From Aquifex aeolicus VF5 (GTDB lineage Bacteria; Aquificota; Aquificia; Aquificales; Aquificaceae), in NCBI RefSeq assembly GCF_000008625.1, contig NC_000918.1, positions 360,001-392,000 of the forward strand: a stretch of 32,000 nucleotides of DNA, given 5' to 3'. The translations under genes and the position numbers were made by a program. Positions 1-8,016 of this stretch are shown one piece after another; position 1 is the stretch's first letter, and each line of letters begins with the position of its first letter. A model generated the notes under the pieces. That model saw only the letters and a program-made list of their open reading frames with translations, made no database searches and was not told the origin of the DNA.

Positions 1-1632
1 CGTAATCGCGTAGCTTCCGCTCAGTTCAAAGCCGTAGAAGTATGCGTCTATGTTTGTGTAGGACATGGCTTTAGTGTTCTGGTTCATCATGTTTCCGCTG
101 GACGGTGCGGTTGCCCTGTAAACGTATATGTAATCTTTAACGTAACTGAGGAAAGTTCTCAGTTCCCCACTGTACCTTTCTCCAGTTAGTTTTATTCCGA
201 GGTCAAGTTCGTTGTTCCTCTCTGGGTCCAGTTTGGGATTTCCCACCCAGTCTCCCATCGTATTTTCCATTTTTCCCATCCTGTCGAGGGCAAAGTAGCG
301 TTCCTGAGGATCGGGAACCCTGACCGCCGAACCTAACCCTGCAAAGAGCTCAATTCCCTCCTTCAGTTCGTAGAACACCTGAACGTTTCCCGAGGGATAC
401 ACGTCAGTTTGAGAAGTGTCGGTGGTGTTGTGGTAATGTCTGTAGAGGTTTATATTTGCCTTTCCTGAATCCGCTTTTGTCTTGGACCAGTCAAGTCTGA
501 GCCCTGCGACGAGTCTAAGCTTCGGAGATAGCTTTTTCCTGTATTCCCCGTAAAGTCCGAAGTTGTAAACGTCAACGTCGGGAATCGTGTTCTGAGTTCT
601 GTACATTCCCATGTTTCTCATGTACATGGTTGTTTGTGCTTTCCAATACCTGTAAAAAGTATCAATACCGAAGCTGAAATCTCCGAAGCTGTATTCGCCT
701 TTAAAGCCGTAAACCTTTGACTTTGCGTAGGTTCCCATTGTATACCCGCGGGGTGCGTTCTGAGATATTACCCTTTTTGGGTTTGTCATCCAGTGTCTGA
801 CGGAAGAACCGTATAGTTGGGCCTTAAACCTCTTCCCTTCAAGTCCTAAGTTTACCCGGTCCACCTCGTCATATATTCCATCCATCATAAGGTAGGGGTA
901 GAGTACGTCTGTAGCCCTCTGGTGTGCGTAATCAAGCTTAAACTTCACACCATCCGTAATCTTGTACCTGAGTTTTGCCCATGCCGTGTGTATGTTAAAG
1001 GCTGTAGAATCCCTTTCGTCCTGAGAGTAAGCTGAAGGGTTGCCCGAGGGGTATATCTCCGTTATCTTTCTACCTTTTCCGTCTTCATAGGGCTTTCCGA
1101 ACCTGAAAGCGTATCCTATCAGGAATGAGAGTCTGTCTTTTCCGTAAGAGAAGTAAAAGGAAGGGTTAATAGTGCTCCAGTTGTCCGCGTAAGTGGTTAT
1201 CCTTCCTTCCATTCCCTCTTTGGGTTCTTTGGTTTTGACGTTAACCGTTCCTCCTACCGCTCCGTAATTTCTAACGTCAAAGGGACCTTTTATGACTTCA
1301 ACACTTTCAACTTCAGAAAAGTCCACGTGGAATATTCCCGGATCCATCCTGTTTGGACAAGCGTTGTAAACCCTTGCTCCGTCAAAGAGCTGGTTTACCT
1401 CGTCCTTTTTAAATCCCCTGATTACAACGTCGTTCGCTATGGCACCCTTTCTTACTTTCCAGACTCCGGGAATGTTGTACTCAAGTGCTTCTCCCACGTC
1501 CTTCGCAGGCAGTTCCCTCACCACGTCTTCGGTCAAAACTTCTCTCTTTCCGATAACTTGAATTTCTTCAAGGTTCACTTCCTGAGCAAAGGCAACCGAA
1601 AACAGCGCTCCTAAAAGCAGAGTTCTCTTCAT
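1..1632 (-). CDS. TonB-dependent outer-membrane receptor, OprC/NosA (copper receptor)-like; C-terminus runs off the left edge
   Basis: Open minus-strand frame from ATG at 1632 (upstream GGTGGGAT as SD) to the window edge. Translation begins MKRTLLLGALFSVAFAQEVNLEEIQVIGKREVLTEDVV, with a plug domain containing DVVIRGFKKDEVNQLFDGARVYNACPNRMDPG. The frame is still in register at the edge (TNIDAYFYGFELSGSYAIT). It is missing from the ORF track only because no stop lies inside the window. Confidence 0.88.
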   Translation of the reverse strand, partial: MKRTLLLGALFSVAFAQEVNLEEIQVIGKREVLTEDVVRELPAKDVGEALEYNIPGVWKVRKGAIANDVVIRGFKKDEVNQLFDGARVYNACPNRMDPGIFHVDFSEVESVEVIKGPFDVRNYGAVGGTVNVKTKEPKEGMEGRITTYADNWSTINPSFYFSYGKDRLSFLIGYAFRFGKPYEDGKGRKITEIYPSGNPSAYSQDERDSTAFNIHTAWAKLRYKITDGVKFKLDYAHQRATDVLYPYLMMDGIYDEVDRVNLGLEGKRFKAQLYGSSVRHWMTNPKRVISQNAPRGYTMGTYAKSKVYGFKGEYSFGDFSFGIDTFYRYWKAQTTMYMRNMGMYRTQNTIPDVDVYNFGLYGEYRKKLSPKLRLVAGLRLDWSKTKADSGKANINLYRHYHNTTDTSQTDVYPSGNVQVFYELKEGIELFAGLGSAVRVPDPQERYFALDRMGKMENTMGDWVGNPKLDPERNNELDLGIKLTGERYSGELRTFLSYVKDYIYVYRATAPSSGNMMNQNTKAMSYTNIDAYFYGFELSGSYAIT

Positions 1633-1654
1633 ATCCCACCTCCGTTCATCTTAT

Positions 1655-1700
1655 GTTAATTTTAACAAATTTTTAAACATAATTTAACGTTAAATTTAAC
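1655..1700. promoter_or_regulatory. candidate operator region between divergent TonB receptor and tonB: GTTAATTTTAAC (1655-1666) and GTTAAATTTAAC (1689-1700), the second inside AATTTAACGTTAAATT (1681-1696)
   Basis: Perfect 12-bp palindrome GTTAAATTTAAC, one-mismatch copy 34 bp away, and a 16-bp perfect palindrome AATTTAACGTTAAATT, all inside a short divergent intergenic region. Confidence 0.4.
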
Positions 1701-1704
1701 ATTG

Positions 1705-2493
1705 ATGGGAGCCAAATACTCCTTCCTCGGATACTTGCTTTCTGGTCTCCTCCACGGAGCCCTGTTATTTTCCTTGACACACGCAGGTTTAGAAGTGCGC
1801 GAACAAAAATCAAAAGAACCCGTAGGACTTTCCCTGAAAACCTTGCAGATCAAAAAGGAAGAGCCAAAGACGGTAAGTACGATTAAGAAATCTGAGAAAA
1901 AGACAATCAAGAAGGAACAAAAAGTTGTGAAAAAGCCCAAAAAAACTTTTAAGAAAAAATACAAGAAAAGACATAGAAGAAAAATCGTAAAACCTAAAAA
2001 ATACGCTGTTAAGAAAATACACAAAACGGAAAAAGTAAAAAATGTAATTGCACAAAAACCAAAAAAGGTTACAAAATTAACAGAAAAGAAAGTTATTCAT
2101 GAAAACAATTTAGGCTTACACGGAAAAACTAATGTACTGGAAGGGAGTCCAGTAAAAAGAATAAACACTTATGAGCAAATTACAGTCGCTAAAAAGACAG
2201 AATTTTCGTATAAAAAAGAATTTTTGAAAATCAATTTTGAAAAAATCAGAAATTACGTTCAGGAAAGGATAAAGTACCCTTACATAGCGAGGCGTATGGG
2301 GTGGGAAGGGAAAGTAATCCTTGAGATTATACTCTCAGAAAAAGGGTGTGAGAGCGTAAGGGTTGCCCACTCAAGCGGTCACAAGGTTTTGGACAGAAAT
2401 GCGGTGGAGACGGTAAAGGCTCTTTGTGGGAAGTTTCCAAAACCCAGAGAAAAGATAAGGTTAAGGCTTCCAATATCCTATGTGCTCAGATAA
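1705..2493 (+). CDS. tonB: TonB energy-transducing protein with a Lys-rich periplasmic linker (start ATG 1705 or TTG 1702)
   Basis: N-terminal hydrophobic anchor, very Lys-rich linker, C-terminal TonB domain (YPYIARRMGWEGKVILEIILSEKGCESVRVAHSSGHKVLDRNAVETVKA...RLRLPISYVL). Divergent from a TonB-dependent receptor. Confidence 0.82.
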   Translation: MGAKYSFLGYLLSGLLHGALLFSLTHAGLEVREQKSKEPVGLSLKTLQIKKEEPKTVSTIKKSEKKTIKKEQKVVKKPKKTFKKKYKKRHRRKIVKPKKYAVKKIHKTEKVKNVIAQKPKKVTKLTEKKVIHENNLGLHGKTNVLEGSPVKRINTYEQITVAKKTEFSYKKEFLKINFEKIRNYVQERIKYPYIARRMGWEGKVILEIILSEKGCESVRVAHSSGHKVLDRNAVETVKALCGKFPKPREKIRLRLPISYVLR

Positions 2494-3126
2494 CCTGTTT
2501 CTGTAGCAGGGAAGTTCTTTCTTCATCGCGTACCTGAGTTTTTCTTCCGCCATCACCAGGATGGGCTCGAGTTTTTCGCGAAGAGCTATCAGCACTTTCT
2601 CATCGGGTTTTTCCTGCATGAGTTCCAGAGAAACTGCGTTAAAGAGGGCTTCTGCCATGCCAAAATCAAAGGGAGCACAGTACTTTCCTTCGTGATTTCT
2701 TAAAAACTCAACTCTCCTTTTTAGGGAAAAGTAATCGACGAGTTCTATAAACTTTTCCTTTTCGTAATGCTTTTCGTAAAAACATTCATCCATAATACCA
2801 TCGCAGTACTCTTCGAAGTAAACCCTCGGTTCAAAAGTTATTAACTCCGTTAAGGGTTCTCTCTCCGTGTAAGCACCCCTCACCGCCTTTTTAGTGTTCT
2901 TACTCATTAACGTAAACAAGGTCTTTATCCTGTCTTCTTTGTATTCCACCGCGTAAAGCTTTATCGCTTCGTAATACCCCTTTACCTTCCCGTAGAGGTA
3001 TGGTGTTTCCTCCTTTGCGTTTGCATCTTTCAATTGAGAAAAGAGCGATTCGGCTCTGAGGAGGTAATCGCTTACGAAAGAAAATGAAATTCCGAACAGG
3101 ATAATTAAAAGTAGAAACCTTTTCAT
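2461..3126 (-). CDS. conserved-looking exported hypothetical protein
   Basis: ORF with GGGGGTGG SD and ATG at 3126 (GTG 3132 also possible). N-terminal signal-like segment MKRFLLLIILFGISFSFVSDYLLRAES. Overlaps the tonB 3' end convergently by 33 nt. Confidence 0.6.
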   Translation of the reverse strand: MKRFLLLIILFGISFSFVSDYLLRAESLFSQLKDANAKEETPYLYGKVKGYYEAIKLYAVEYKEDRIKTLFTLMSKNTKKAVRGAYTEREPLTELITFEPRVYFEEYCDGIMDECFYEKHYEKEKFIELVDYFSLKRRVEFLRNHEGKYCAPFDFGMAEALFNAVSLELMQEKPDEKVLIALREKLEPILVMAEEKLRYAMKKELPCYRNRLSEHIGYWKP

Positions 3127-3141
3127 ATCCACCCCCTTAAA

Positions 3142-4284
3142 TTAATCTATCACGATAGCGTGCAGACACTTTAAGTAAAGGCTTTCGGGAAAAGTAGGTA
3201 AGTAAGGGTGGTCTATCGGCTGGAGGTTCAGGGATTTTATTATTATCCTTCGTTTTACATCCGTTGAGGCGAGTCTTACCTGTCTAATCATCTCCTCAGA
3301 ACTTATTTGGTAGGTACAGGAGCATATAAAGAGGCTTCCTCCCTTTTTTAGTTTCTGGAAGGAGTAGTAAGCCAATTTCCATATAGCCCAGAGGATGCTT
3401 TCCTTTTCCTTTTTCGTTTTCGCAATTGCTGGCGGATCCGCTATTATAAGATCCCATTCCTCTTTACTTTCCTGTATAAAATCAAAGGCGTTTCCGAGTA
3501 CAAAGTCTGCTTTTACGGAGTTCAGTTTTGCATTTTCCCTTGCGAGTTCAACAGCCCTCTTGTTAATGTCAACCCCCACCACCTTAGCGCCCCTGTTTGC
3601 ACAGTAAACGGAAAATCCCCCCGAATAACAAAAGAGATCAAGAACTCTATCCCCTTCCTTAACTAGGTTCCTTACATACTCCCTGTTGTCCCTCTGATCC
3701 AGATAAAAACCCGTTTTTAGCCCCTCCACTACGTCAACGAGAAACTTAAACTCTCTCTCTTCAATAATCAGTGGATTTTCCAGCTTTCCGTAGAGGAGTC
3801 CTTTAAACTCTTTTAGTCCCTCCTCCCTTCTCCCTTTAAAGTCGCTCCTCTCGTAAACAAATGCGGGATTGAATTCCTCCACGAGAGTCTTTAAGACTTT
3901 CTCTTTTAAAATCTCCATAGGATAACTCCTCACCTGAATTACAAAGGCGTCTCCGTACCTGTCTATTATTAGTCCGCTCAAGAGGTCGCTTTCCGAAAAG
4001 GCAAGTCTGTAGGCGTTTGAAGGAATGTCTCTTCTCAAAAGTTCACTTTCCCTTAAACGTCGTTTAAAAAATTCTTCATTGACTTCTTCCCTTTCGTAGG
4101 AAAGAACCCTAAAGGCTATCCGTGAGTAGGGAGAGTAAGTTCCCAGAGCAAGAAAATTACCTTCACTGTCGTAGAGTTCCGCTACTATCCCTTCTCCTTC
4201 AATTTTCTCTACTTCATCCCTGAAGACCCAAGGGTAGAAGTGCTTTACTTTCTTTTCTTTTCCCTTCTTTAAAAACACTTTCAT
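3142..4284 (-). CDS. class I SAM-dependent rRNA methyltransferase, RlmI/YccW-like (PUA + Rossmann fold)
   Basis: PUA-type N-terminus (KHFYPWVFRDEVEKIEG), TGFYLDQRDNREYVR, VLDLFCYSGGFSVYCANRGAKVVGVDINKRAVELARENAKLN, DLIIADPPAIAK, FICSCTYQIS. Confidence 0.85.
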   Translation of the reverse strand: MKVFLKKGKEKKVKHFYPWVFRDEVEKIEGEGIVAELYDSEGNFLALGTYSPYSRIAFRVLSYEREEVNEEFFKRRLRESELLRRDIPSNAYRLAFSESDLLSGLIIDRYGDAFVIQVRSYPMEILKEKVLKTLVEEFNPAFVYERSDFKGRREEGLKEFKGLLYGKLENPLIIEEREFKFLVDVVEGLKTGFYLDQRDNREYVRNLVKEGDRVLDLFCYSGGFSVYCANRGAKVVGVDINKRAVELARENAKLNSVKADFVLGNAFDFIQESKEEWDLIIADPPAIAKTKKEKESILWAIWKLAYYSFQKLKKGGSLFICSCTYQISSEEMIRQVRLASTDVKRRIIIKSLNLQPIDHPYLPTFPESLYLKCLHAIVID

Positions 4285-4313
4285 GATGTCATTAAAAAAG
4301 TAAATTTTAAATT

Positions 4314-5306
4314 ATGGACGAAGGTGTTAAGGAGAAATTTATCGGTGCGGTTCTCGGAGCTGCTGTGGGAGACGCCCTCGGAAAAAGCGTTGAAGACATA
4401 ACAGAAGAAGAGGTATTTGAGTTTTACGGTGACAGGATAAGGGACTTTGTAACTCCTCACCCTTCCAGTCCTGCGTACGGACAACTCCCGGAAGAGACCT
4501 CCGACGAGACCACGATATTCAGGCTTTTACTCGAGAGCCTGGTTGAAAAGAAAGCCTTAGACGTCAGGGACTTTTTAAACAGATTGATGGAGTGGTACGA
4601 CAGGGAGGAAATGCATAGATACCCTGACCCTATGCTTCTTACCGCCATAGACCTCCTTTCCAGAGGTATAAATCCATCCACTCACGGACTTACTTCCTTT
4701 TCCGTTGAGGGGATTTTAAGGAGCGTTGCCCTCGGACTTTATCACTACTACAACCCGGAACTTGCAGCGGAAGGGAGTAAAGTGGTTTCTCTCCTAACTC
4801 ATAGGAGTGATGTCATTTCCGACGCTTCCGCTATTTTGGGAGCTCTGATAGCCCACCTTGTGAGGGGAGATTTTTATCTGGAGGACTTTCGTGAAAAGTT
4901 AAGACTTATAGAAACCTTAAAGGATTACGCGAAGGAAGAAAAACATAAAAAAATTCTCGACAGAGTTGCGGAACTCCTTATGGAAAGTGCGGACTTAGAA
5001 ACCGCCATAAATACGCTGGGAAACGGTACCTTTGCTTTTGAAGCATTTCCCTTAGCACTCTACATATTCCTTTCCAACGTTGAAAATCCAGAAGAGGCTC
5101 TCTTTCAGGCTGTAAACTCTTACGGGGAGTTCGGGGGAGATACGGACGCGATAGGATTTCTCGTAGGAGCAATGCTCGGAGCATATTACGGCGAGGAGGC
5201 CATTCCCTACCACTTAAGAGAAAACGTAGAAAACTCCCAGAAATTGAGGGAACTTGCAGAAAGGCTCTACGAGGTAGTGGAGAAACAGGTGGGCTTTAGC
5301 CAATAA
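4314..5306 (+). CDS. ADP-ribosylglycohydrolase family protein
   Basis: FIGAVLGAAVGDALGKSVE, SDETTIFRLLLESL and C-terminal GEFGGDTDAIGFLVGAMLGAYYG motifs of the DraG/ARH family. Confidence 0.83.
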   Translation: MDEGVKEKFIGAVLGAAVGDALGKSVEDITEEEVFEFYGDRIRDFVTPHPSSPAYGQLPEETSDETTIFRLLLESLVEKKALDVRDFLNRLMEWYDREEMHRYPDPMLLTAIDLLSRGINPSTHGLTSFSVEGILRSVALGLYHYYNPELAAEGSKVVSLLTHRSDVISDASAILGALIAHLVRGDFYLEDFREKLRLIETLKDYAKEEKHKKILDRVAELLMESADLETAINTLGNGTFAFEAFPLALYIFLSNVENPEEALFQAVNSYGEFGGDTDAIGFLVGAMLGAYYGEEAIPYHLRENVENSQKLRELAERLYEVVEKQVGFSQ

Positions 5307-5315
5307 AATTAAAGT

Positions 5316-6295
5316 ATGGAAACCACTCTGGGCGAAATAGCAAGGATTATCAAAGGAGAACTGAAAGGAAACCATAATATAAAAATCAAGGGCATTTCCA
5401 CACCCGAAAACCCAAAAGAAAACACTGTAGTGTTTTGCAGAAACATGGAAGAAGTGGAAAAGGCGAAGGAGAAAGCGTCCGCGGTTGTAACTCAAGAAGA
5501 AGTTAAAGACTTCCCGCACATAAAAGTAAAGGACGTAAAACTCGCCCTTGCTGAGTTTCTTGAGCACTTCTTTCCAGAAGAGCATCCCTGGGGATTTCTC
5601 AGAACGCCAGCATCGGAGAAGGAGTTGAGATAGGAATGGGGAGTTTTATCGGAGACTTTGTCGTGATTGGTAAAAACGTAAAAATAGGAAGGAACGTAAA
5701 GATTTATCCCTTTACTTACGTAGGAGATAACACCGTTATAGGTGATAACACGGTTATATTCAGCGGAGTGCATATATACAGGAACACGGTTATAGGCAGA
5801 AACGTCAGGATTCACAGCGGGGCTGTTATAGGAGCGGACGGGTTTGGCTACCACATAACTCAGGAGGGGATTAAGAAAATTCCTCACATAGGCGGTGTGA
5901 TAATAGAGGACAACGTGGAGATAGGGGCAAACACCACGATAGACAGGGCGTTGATAGAAAACACTTTAATCGGTAAAAACACGAAGATTGACAACCTCGT
6001 TATGGTGGCTCACAACTGCAAGGTGGGAGAGAATAACATACTCGTTTCTCAAGTAGGTCTTTCAGGAAGTGTAAAAACAGGAAAAAACGTAATTCTTGCA
6101 GGACAGGTGGGAGTAGCGGATCACGTGGAGATAGGGGACAACGTCATCGTCACAGCAAAGTCGGGAGTGGCGAACAACCTCGCTCCAAACAAAACTTACG
6201 GTGCTAACCTGCCGGCAATTGAGTGGAGCAGGTGGAAGAGGATATACGTCTACCTTTTAAGACTTCCAGAACTCTTCAAGAAGATAACTACCTGA
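5316..6295 (+). CDS. lpxD: UDP-3-O-acylglucosamine N-acyltransferase LpxD, interrupted by an apparent 1-nt frameshift near 5590-5593 (ORFs 5316..5633 and 5636..6295)
   Basis: The N-terminal LpxD domain is in frame 5316. The hexapeptide-repeat left-handed beta-helix ([38 protein letters not shown]..., [27 protein letters not shown]) is in the other frame. The junction reads [22 protein letters not shown] if one G is added to CCCTGGGGATT. Confidence 0.88.
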
Positions 6296-6296
6296 A

Positions 6297-7154
6297 ATGT
6301 TAAGGGCTTACATATTTTACAGGCTTGTAAAGAACACCTTACTGACCGCCTTTATACTTTCCTTAATACTCCTCACACTTCAGCTTACCCGTCTTAGTAA
6401 TGTGCTTTTCGGTATTCCCTTTAAAGACTTTATGGGCTTTCTTGTGGTGTGGAACGCTTACTACACTTACTTTTTCATACCAGAAGGTGTAATACTTTCA
6501 ACCTTTTTCCTGATGAAACACTTCAAGGACAAGAAATTACTCCACGTCTTTTACTCCTTCAGGATTTCCGACTTCAGGATTTTCCTTTATTGTTCTATCC
6601 CATTTTTAACTTTTTTCCTAATAAGCGCTTTGCTTTCCAACACGCTTTTGGAAGAAAAGGTAGCCTTTACGCGTAAGAACATGCTCTTTAAGCTCCAGGA
6701 GAAGTTTTTTAGTGAAGTTCCCGCGGGAACCTTCGTCAGCTTCGGAGCTGTAGTTCTGCATGCGGAAAAGAGGGAAGGAAATACCCTAAAAGAAGCCTTC
6801 TTTAAGTTCGGCGATATTACGGTTCTTTCAGAGTATTTGAAGTATAAGGGAAACGGAGTGTTTGAATTCAGAAGAGGAACGGTGATAACAGAAGAGGAAA
6901 ACTACTTTGTCGTAAAGTTTAACGAGTACACACTCAATTTAAAGCAATTTCAGAAGAAAAAACTCCGTGAAAAACGTCTTAAAGAGAGCAAAGTAGTTAA
7001 TTACGTAAACGTTGCTACACTCCCCTTATTCTTTTTCCTGAGTTTTACAGTAGCCCTGAAGTTCTGCCACGGAGGGCTTTCTTACTACGCATTCGCGTCT
7101 CTCTTCATAGTTGTACACCAGTTGATAATTTTTGTGGTGAAATTAATGCTTTAA
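6297..7154 (+). CDS. LptF/LptG-type (YjgP/YjgQ) permease, compact
   Basis: Three N-terminal hydrophobic segments with LptF/G-like MLRAYIFYRLVKNTLLTAFILSLILLTLQLTRLSNV, polar central domain, C-terminal hydrophobic segments (VNVATLPLFFFLSFTVAL...). Immediately downstream of lpxD. Confidence 0.65.
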   Translation: MLRAYIFYRLVKNTLLTAFILSLILLTLQLTRLSNVLFGIPFKDFMGFLVVWNAYYTYFFIPEGVILSTFFLMKHFKDKKLLHVFYSFRISDFRIFLYCSIPFLTFFLISALLSNTLLEEKVAFTRKNMLFKLQEKFFSEVPAGTFVSFGAVVLHAEKREGNTLKEAFFKFGDITVLSEYLKYKGNGVFEFRRGTVITEEENYFVVKFNEYTLNLKQFQKKKLREKRLKESKVVNYVNVATLPLFFFLSFTVALKFCHGGLSYYAFASLFIVVHQLIIFVVKLML

Positions 7155-7787
7155 GAGGTTTTTGAGGCCATCTACCACGAATTGAACGGATATAGCCAGA
7201 AGGAGTATGCCCGAAATTCTCGTGATTAAGTTAATACCGGTCCTTCCGAGCACTCTGTAGAAGAATGTACTCAGAGAGTAAACAACAAAGGCGGTAAAGG
7301 AACTCAAGAAAATGGCACAGAAAAGGGCTACTTTTCCCTCCAAAGTGTTTAAGTACCCCCTCAGGACGAGAACCGTAGTTATGGAGCCTGGTCCAGCAAG
7401 TAGAGGCATGGCGAGGGGAATGAGGGCTATGTTATCTCTGCGAAGGGCAGCCTCAATTTCGTGAGCTTTTCCCTTTTCTTTTGTAACCTCTCCCTGAACT
7501 AAGTTAAGGGCTATAAGAAAGAGTAAGATACCACCGCCTACTTTAAAGGCTGGAAGGGTAATCCCCATAAATCTGAAGAGTAAATCCCCGCTTATTAAGA
7601 AAAAGGTGAGTATGAAGAAGGCGTAAACACTCGCCTTCAGAGCAATAACCCTAATTTCTTCCTTTGAATACTCGTTCATCAGTGATATAACGACAGGAAC
7701 GCTGGAGAATGGGTTCATTATCGCGAGCAAAGATAGGAAAGCTTTTACGAAAAGAACCCCAAATTCCTCCATCCAGGTTATTATCAT
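7143..7787 (-). CDS. marC: MarC family integral membrane protein
   Basis: AFLSLLAIMNPFSSVPVVISLMNEYSKEE..., IALIPLAMPLLAGPGSITTVLV, FVVYSLSTFFYRVLGRTGINLITRISGILLLAISVQFVVDGLK are typical of the MarC/UPF0056 family. Start may be ATG 7787 or 7772. Confidence 0.85.
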   Translation of the reverse strand: MIITWMEEFGVLFVKAFLSLLAIMNPFSSVPVVISLMNEYSKEEIRVIALKASVYAFFILTFFLISGDLLFRFMGITLPAFKVGGGILLFLIALNLVQGEVTKEKGKAHEIEAALRRDNIALIPLAMPLLAGPGSITTVLVLRGYLNTLEGKVALFCAIFLSSFTAFVVYSLSTFFYRVLGRTGINLITRISGILLLAISVQFVVDGLKNLLKH

Positions 7788-7791
7788 ACAT

Positions 7792-8010
7792 ATGGAGGAT
7801 TTTGAAAAAATTCTCCTGGAACTTGAAAATGATAACGTAAGGCACCTGCCCTACTACCTTTGCAGGGACATACTCTCCGAGGTCAAGTTTTACCTGGAAA
7901 ACGGGAGCGTAGAACTCAAAAAGGTGGAGGAACTTCTCTACCTCCTTTCTCTCAACCCTATGGCGAGGGAGGAAGTAGGGGAAATCCTTAGGGACTTTCT
8001 CTTAAGATAA
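7792..8010 (+). CDS. small acidic hypothetical protein (72 aa)
   Basis: ATG ORF packed between marC and apgM with 6 nt to the next start. Amphipathic helical composition: MEDFEKILLELENDNVRHLPYYLCRDILSEVKFYLENG. Confidence 0.5.
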   Translation: MEDFEKILLELENDNVRHLPYYLCRDILSEVKFYLENGSVELKKVEELLYLLSLNPMAREEVGEILRDFLLR

Positions 8011-8016
8011 ATACTT

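Noticed and set aside
1662-2024. Minus-strand ORFs 1662..2024 and 1810..2055, rich in Phe/Leu and looking like membrane proteins
   Set aside because: They are antisense shadows of the AAA/AAG-rich tonB linker (Lys codons read as Phe/Leu) and lack independent coding support.
4314-5306. ADP-ribosylglycohydrolase as part of a toxin/antidote or phage-defence cassette
   Set aside because: Neighbours are housekeeping genes (RlmI-like methyltransferase, lpxD). No ADP-ribosyltransferase, toxin-like or mobile gene is nearby.
5214-5887. Minus-strand ORFs 5214..5585 and 5492..5887 opposite lpxD
   Set aside because: Antisense to the clearly recognisable LpxD N-terminus; low-complexity composition; no plausible start context.
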